Source of the DNA: Spirochaetaceae bacterium
GTDB taxonomy: Bacteria > Spirochaetota > Spirochaetia > DSM-2461
Length of the DNA: 64,000 bases
Direction: 5' to 3'
NCBI GenBank assembly: GCA_051531975.1
Contig: JAOPTT010000011.1
Coordinates: 1 to 64,000 of the forward strand
The notes beneath the pieces were generated by a model that had not been told where the DNA came from, did no database searches, and saw only the letters and a program-made list of their open reading frames with translations. Of this stretch, positions 59,787 through 64,000 are shown piece by piece (position 1 is the first letter of the stretch; every line of letters begins with the position of its first letter). The position numbers and the translations under genes were made by a program.

Positions 59787-60533
59787 ATGACTAAGAATAA
59801 TTTAATAAAAGTAAGTTTTATTTTTTTGGTATTAAGTGTGTTTTTAATTCAAGCGTGTACAACTAAACCATTAACTAAAGCTGAAGAAGTTTTATACATG
59901 ACTATAGATGGTAGTCATGCCGCAGAATGGAAATTAACGGCTACAGATCCACTATTAATTGGAGGATATGGAGATAATTTCGTTTATAATGGTGAAAAGG
60001 TTCAGGCTTTAACAGGAAATGCAATAGTTGATGTTAATGCTGAAACAAATACTGGAAAAATGGTTGCGACATTTAAAGGAACTATAACACCTGAAGCAAA
60101 TAAAACTTATACTGGTACAATTCGTCTGGAATATACAATGTTTAAGGAAGGATCTGATTTCTTGGAAGGAGGAATTGCAGATTTTATATATCTTCATGGG
60201 GATACAGGTCAGGAAGCACCGGTAATGCCAAAAGTGAAAACTCCATTAGCTTCATGGGGTCCCGTAAATGTCTATGTTGACGATGTTTTAATATACGAAA
60301 AATTAGTTGGTCATATGATGTATACTGAAGCTTCACGGAATCAGGAGACTTATGCCATTTACAACTCGGATAAGTCAGGCTTTTACTCTCCTAAAGATCC
60401 GTCTAATGGATCAATAGCACATCCAGATAAAATGGAGCTGCACTTTGTTGCTCACACTGTAGAACCTGATACAGGGAACTTCCCACCTCACACTGTTTGG
60501 ATTCACTTAAACTACATAACCGTTAGTGAATAA
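59787..60533 (+). CDS. Hypothetical lipoprotein with His/Met-rich motifs
   Basis: ATG after GGAGG; signal ending IQAC; LHGDTG, GHMMYT, LHFVAH, PPHTVWIH. Confidence 0.75.
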   Translation: MTKNNLIKVSFIFLVLSVFLIQACTTKPLTKAEEVLYMTIDGSHAAEWKLTATDPLLIGGYGDNFVYNGEKVQALTGNAIVDVNAETNTGKMVATFKGTITPEANKTYTGTIRLEYTMFKEGSDFLEGGIADFIYLHGDTGQEAPVMPKVKTPLASWGPVNVYVDDVLIYEKLVGHMMYTEASRNQETYAIYNSDKSGFYSPKDPSNGSIAHPDKMELHFVAHTVEPDTGNFPPHTVWIHLNYITVSE

Positions 60534-60539
60534 AACTAT

Positions 60540-60571
60540 AATAGATACAGAGAATACTCTGTATCTATTTT
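60540..60571 (+). terminator. Intrinsic terminator
   Basis: 13-bp perfect stem AATAGATACAGAG/CTCTGTATCTATT with a 4-nt loop, running into Ts. Confidence 0.8.
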
Positions 60572-60604
60572 GTTCTGGTCTATAGTATATAAAAATTAAA
60601 ATAA

Positions 60605-61828
60605 TTATTTAGTGAGCTCTATTATTTTTACAATTACAGCTACACTTTTTTCCATTGAATTTATAGGAATGTATTCAAATTTACCATGAAAATTATGTCC
60701 ACCTGTAAATATATTTGGAGTTGGAAGCCCCATATAAGAAAGCTTCGCTCCATCTGTACCTCCACGAACAGGTATAATAATTGGTTTAACACCAACTTCT
60801 TCCATAGCTTGTTCTGGAATGTTTACAATATTAAAAACTGGCATTATTTTTTCTTTCATATTGTAATATGAGTCCTCTATTTTTAGTTCAATTATATTTT
60901 CATATTTTTTATTCAGAAATTCGACAGCACTTAGTATAAGATCTTTTTTTGATGAAAACTTTTCCATATCGTGATCTCTGATTATATATTTTAATTCTGT
61001 TTTTTCAACAGTTCCATTAAAAGTATGAAGATGAAAAAAACCTTCATACATTTCTGTAAATTCAGGCTTTTGGTCAGCAGGTAAAAGTGAATTTAATTCC
61101 CCTGCAATTTCAATTGAATTAACCATTTTATTTTTTGATGATCCAGGGTGAACATTTGTTCCACTTATAATAATATTAGCAGATGCAGCATTAAAATTTT
61201 CATATTCTAATTCACCAATCTCTCCACCATCTACAGTATAAGCATAATCAGCAGAAAACTTTTTAATATCGAAATTATCGGCACCTCGGCCAATTTCTTC
61301 ATCAGGAGTAAATCCGATTTTAATAATACCATGTTCAATTTCAGGATGTTCTATTAAGTATTTAACTGCTGTCATTATTTCTGCAATACCAGCTTTGTCA
61401 TCAGCTCCTAAAAGTGTTGTACCATCAGTAGTAATTAAAGTTTCTCCGATATAATTTCTCATTTCAGGGAATTTTTTAGGTGATAATACAATATTTAATT
61501 CATTGTTTAAAACAATATCATTACCATCATAATTATGGGTGAATTTAGGATTTACATCTTTTCCAGACATATCAGGAGCAGTATCCATATGTGCAATAAA
61601 TCCAATTGTTGGCAACTTTTTATCACTGTTAGCTGGTAGTTCAGCCATAACATAAGCATTATCATCAACTGAAACATTAGTAAGCTGAAGTTCATTTAAC
61701 TCTTTTTCTAACAGATTAGCTAGATCAAATTGGTTCTTTGTAGATGGGCATGTTTCAGAATCTTCATTAGATTTTGTATCTATTTTTATATATTTTATAA
61801 ATCTATTTACAACTTCAGAATATTTCAT
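60605..61828 (-). CDS. pepT: Peptidase T (tripeptide aminopeptidase)
   Basis: AHMDT, TLLGADDKAG, TPDEEIG, HPG..K, RGGTDG, GGHNFHG. Confidence 0.96.
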   Translation of the reverse strand: MKYSEVVNRFIKYIKIDTKSNEDSETCPSTKNQFDLANLLEKELNELQLTNVSVDDNAYVMAELPANSDKKLPTIGFIAHMDTAPDMSGKDVNPKFTHNYDGNDIVLNNELNIVLSPKKFPEMRNYIGETLITTDGTTLLGADDKAGIAEIMTAVKYLIEHPEIEHGIIKIGFTPDEEIGRGADNFDIKKFSADYAYTVDGGEIGELEYENFNAASANIIISGTNVHPGSSKNKMVNSIEIAGELNSLLPADQKPEFTEMYEGFFHLHTFNGTVEKTELKYIIRDHDMEKFSSKKDLILSAVEFLNKKYENIIELKIEDSYYNMKEKIMPVFNIVNIPEQAMEEVGVKPIIIPVRGGTDGAKLSYMGLPTPNIFTGGHNFHGKFEYIPINSMEKSVAVIVKIIELTK

Positions 61829-61922
61829 AATTATCATCCTTTAAACTTTAAGTGCGGGTATTTTCTATAATATTTTAATATCCTCGAAAAGAACATACTT
61901 TAACTTTTTATTTTTTATTACA

Positions 61923-63635
61923 TTATTCCAAAACTGAAATAGATGCATTGCCAAAAAGGTTTAAATTATTAGCATTAATTTCATCAGGTATTTGACTATT
62001 TTGAATTTGATTAAATTGATAATAAAGAATGAGTCCATTTGTTATAGGAATAATTTTGTTTCTTATTGAGTTGTTTATCTCTGTATTGCTTCGGGTTGTA
62101 TTCCATATCCTTAATTCTTTGATGTATCCATCAAAAAATATTGAGTGCCATTCAGGATTATATGATCCAACAAAATATGAACCTTTACTATTTGGCTTTG
62201 GAAAACCATTTCCATTAATAGGATTACTACCATCATCAACCCATCTACCCTGAATCTCCTTTCCATTTACATAAAGTTTTGTTTTAGAACCATCTCCATA
62301 ATTATGAGATACAGCTATATGATACCATTCACCTTCATCAAAATCGAATGAACCTGTATATCTACTGTCAATGGTTTCAAAAGCAAAAAATAAATCATCA
62401 GATGAAAAACCAAAAGTATAGTTACCAGCAGTACTACCACCATGACTTTGACTTATAACAGGTTGGGAATCTGTATATCCCCAAACACCACTTCCATCCG
62501 AATTGGTTGCAATAGTATTTATATATATCCATGATTCAATAGTGATATTTGATCTAAGATCTAATTCTGAAGAGTATTTTATTTCACCGTAATCACCAGA
62601 CCCATCGAGAGCAAGCCCTTTGTGAAAATCTATATTTAATGAATCTAGGAAAAACAAATTAGTGGATACTGGATACTGAGGGAATAAGATTTTTTGTTTT
62701 TCTAAATTCCAAATTGAATTGTCAAGATATTTAATTTTTCTATTATCAGATTCATCTCTTATAATCTCTTTGTCAAGAATGGATTCCCATCTCTCATACT
62801 TCTCTACTAGATTTGATCTATACTTTTGAAAAAATGGTGTTCCCAATAATTTATCCAGATCATTCATAAAAGGTTTTATATCAGATTTTCCCTCTATTGC
62901 TGCTAATCTTAATTCCTGATCCACTTGATTAAATATTGGAACTTCTTTTCCAGCTATCAGAGGTAGGGGAACATCAATATTATTAATAGTCTTCTCTTCT
63001 ACAACAATATTATGAACCATTTCATATAATCCAAAAGGTCTTTCCTGAAGGACTGTTAGTTTGTGAATACCAGATGGCATTTTATCTATGGATAAAACAT
63101 CTTTTGGCAATGAAACACCATCAATAGTAAAACTGAATGGTTCACCTGTTCTGGGAGGAACAAGTACCAGAGCACCATATGTAACGTGAATACCAGAAAA
63201 ACCTTCCACTGTTTGATATGTTATTTTATCGATTGCATCAAAAGTATCAAAAATTGATTCTACAATAGTAGAACTAGAGTAGGTGATTTTATCAAGAGCT
63301 CGATCGTATGCATTCATAGTAATGATGTATGAACCATCTTCTATAGTACAAGATCCAAATAGGATATTATCATAGCCCATTGTTTCTGCTCTAGACTTTA
63401 AAATAGTAGTATCGAGAATTTCTGATTTATTTGGTTCATCCCTAAAAACTTCAAATCTCCCAAGTAATCTTATTATCAGACTTACTCCGTTGGTTGAACT
63501 AACACAAACTGAATCCAGCCATGACTCTCCTGATAGATTTACCATAGGATCTATCTGTACAATAGGTTTGCTTTGGGAAAAAAGAGATATAGAATTAATA
63601 AATACAATATATAGAATTAACTTTCTTTTATTCAT
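61923..63635 (-). CDS. Secreted protein with C-terminal LamG/ConA-like domain
   Basis: ATG 63635 after GGAGG; signal peptide; TIESWI, WYHIAV, LYVNG, FDGYIKELRIWN. Confidence 0.8.
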   Translation of the reverse strand: MNKRKLILYIVFINSISLFSQSKPIVQIDPMVNLSGESWLDSVCVSSTNGVSLIIRLLGRFEVFRDEPNKSEILDTTILKSRAETMGYDNILFGSCTIEDGSYIITMNAYDRALDKITYSSSTIVESIFDTFDAIDKITYQTVEGFSGIHVTYGALVLVPPRTGEPFSFTIDGVSLPKDVLSIDKMPSGIHKLTVLQERPFGLYEMVHNIVVEEKTINNIDVPLPLIAGKEVPIFNQVDQELRLAAIEGKSDIKPFMNDLDKLLGTPFFQKYRSNLVEKYERWESILDKEIIRDESDNRKIKYLDNSIWNLEKQKILFPQYPVSTNLFFLDSLNIDFHKGLALDGSGDYGEIKYSSELDLRSNITIESWIYINTIATNSDGSGVWGYTDSQPVISQSHGGSTAGNYTFGFSSDDLFFAFETIDSRYTGSFDFDEGEWYHIAVSHNYGDGSKTKLYVNGKEIQGRWVDDGSNPINGNGFPKPNSKGSYFVGSYNPEWHSIFFDGYIKELRIWNTTRSNTEINNSIRNKIIPITNGLILYYQFNQIQNSQIPDEINANNLNLFGNASISVLE

Positions 63636-63999
63636 TGTTCCCTCCAATAAAAAGAAGATTATAATCAAGAAGGTCTTGAATTTCAGGTTTCTCAAGAAGT
63701 ATTTTGGGATTTTCATTTTCTTTAATGGTATTTTGAATTAGATAAAGACAATATGTTACTTCGTTAAATTTAAAGACTGTATATAACTTTGATCTTGATT
63801 TATCATTTATTTGACCATATACAGTAAAATTAGTTAACTTGTTTTGAACTATTAAAGTATGAATAAATGGTTCTATATCAAAGTTAGTATTAGTTTGTAA
63901 TTGACTTACTTCTTCAGGATTCAAAGTACAAAGACCGGCAATTATATCTTCTTTGTATTCTTTTCCTTTTTTAGTAATATAGTAACCATTTTTAAAATC
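63628..63999 (-). CDS. Hypothetical protein, C-terminal part (5'-truncated by window)
   Basis: Frame stays open to the window end (DFKNGYYITKKG...); stop overlaps the LamG gene start. Confidence 0.7.
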   Translation of the reverse strand, partial: DFKNGYYITKKGKEYKEDIIAGLCTLNPEEVSQLQTNTNFDIEPFIHTLIVQNKLTNFTVYGQINDKSRSKLYTVFKFNEVTYCLYLIQNTIKENENPKILLEKPEIQDLLDYNLLFIGGNNE

Positions 64000-64000
64000 A

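Noticed and set aside
1..64000. CRISPR arrays, tRNA/rRNA genes, IS elements, prophage
   Set aside because: Intergenic gaps are short, with no periodic repeats, cloverleaf boxes, transposase or phage genes recognised

Overview
AT-rich, gene-dense bacterial chromosomal segment. The gene mix and FSC/QAC-type lipoprotein signals suggest a free-living anaerobic spirochaete (inference). No rRNA, tRNA, CRISPR array, integrase or transposase was recognised. Left part: housekeeping genes (gpmI, CYTH protein, ilvBN, GH3 nagZ, DAHP synthase), an orphan 299-aa gene, a eukaryote/virus-like thymidine kinase and an nfeD-nfeD-floA-yqfB operon. Middle: an operon of two divergent GH94 phosphorylase paralogues flanking an extended phosphohexomutase, sharing a palindromic operator with a nearby putative glycoside hydrolase; a malY/patB gene preceded by a purine-riboswitch-like RNA fold; and a ROK-tctCBA-sulfatase unit. 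A 19-kb minus-strand block (31.0-50.5 kb) is an anaerobic purine/urate catabolic cluster (ygfK, ssnA, ygeY, ygfM, xdhD, carbamate kinase, ygeW, hydA, two deaminases, mocA). It lacks ygeX/dpaL, carries two other PLP enzymes instead, and contains an internally deleted yqeB and an unannotated NTPase remnant. Right part: kinases, two extended SDRs, an orphan oppBC pair plus an M1 lipoprotein peptidase, an esterase, a DOMON protein, a His/Met-rich lipoprotein, pepT and a LamG protein. All family calls come from motif recognition by eye, not from database searches.
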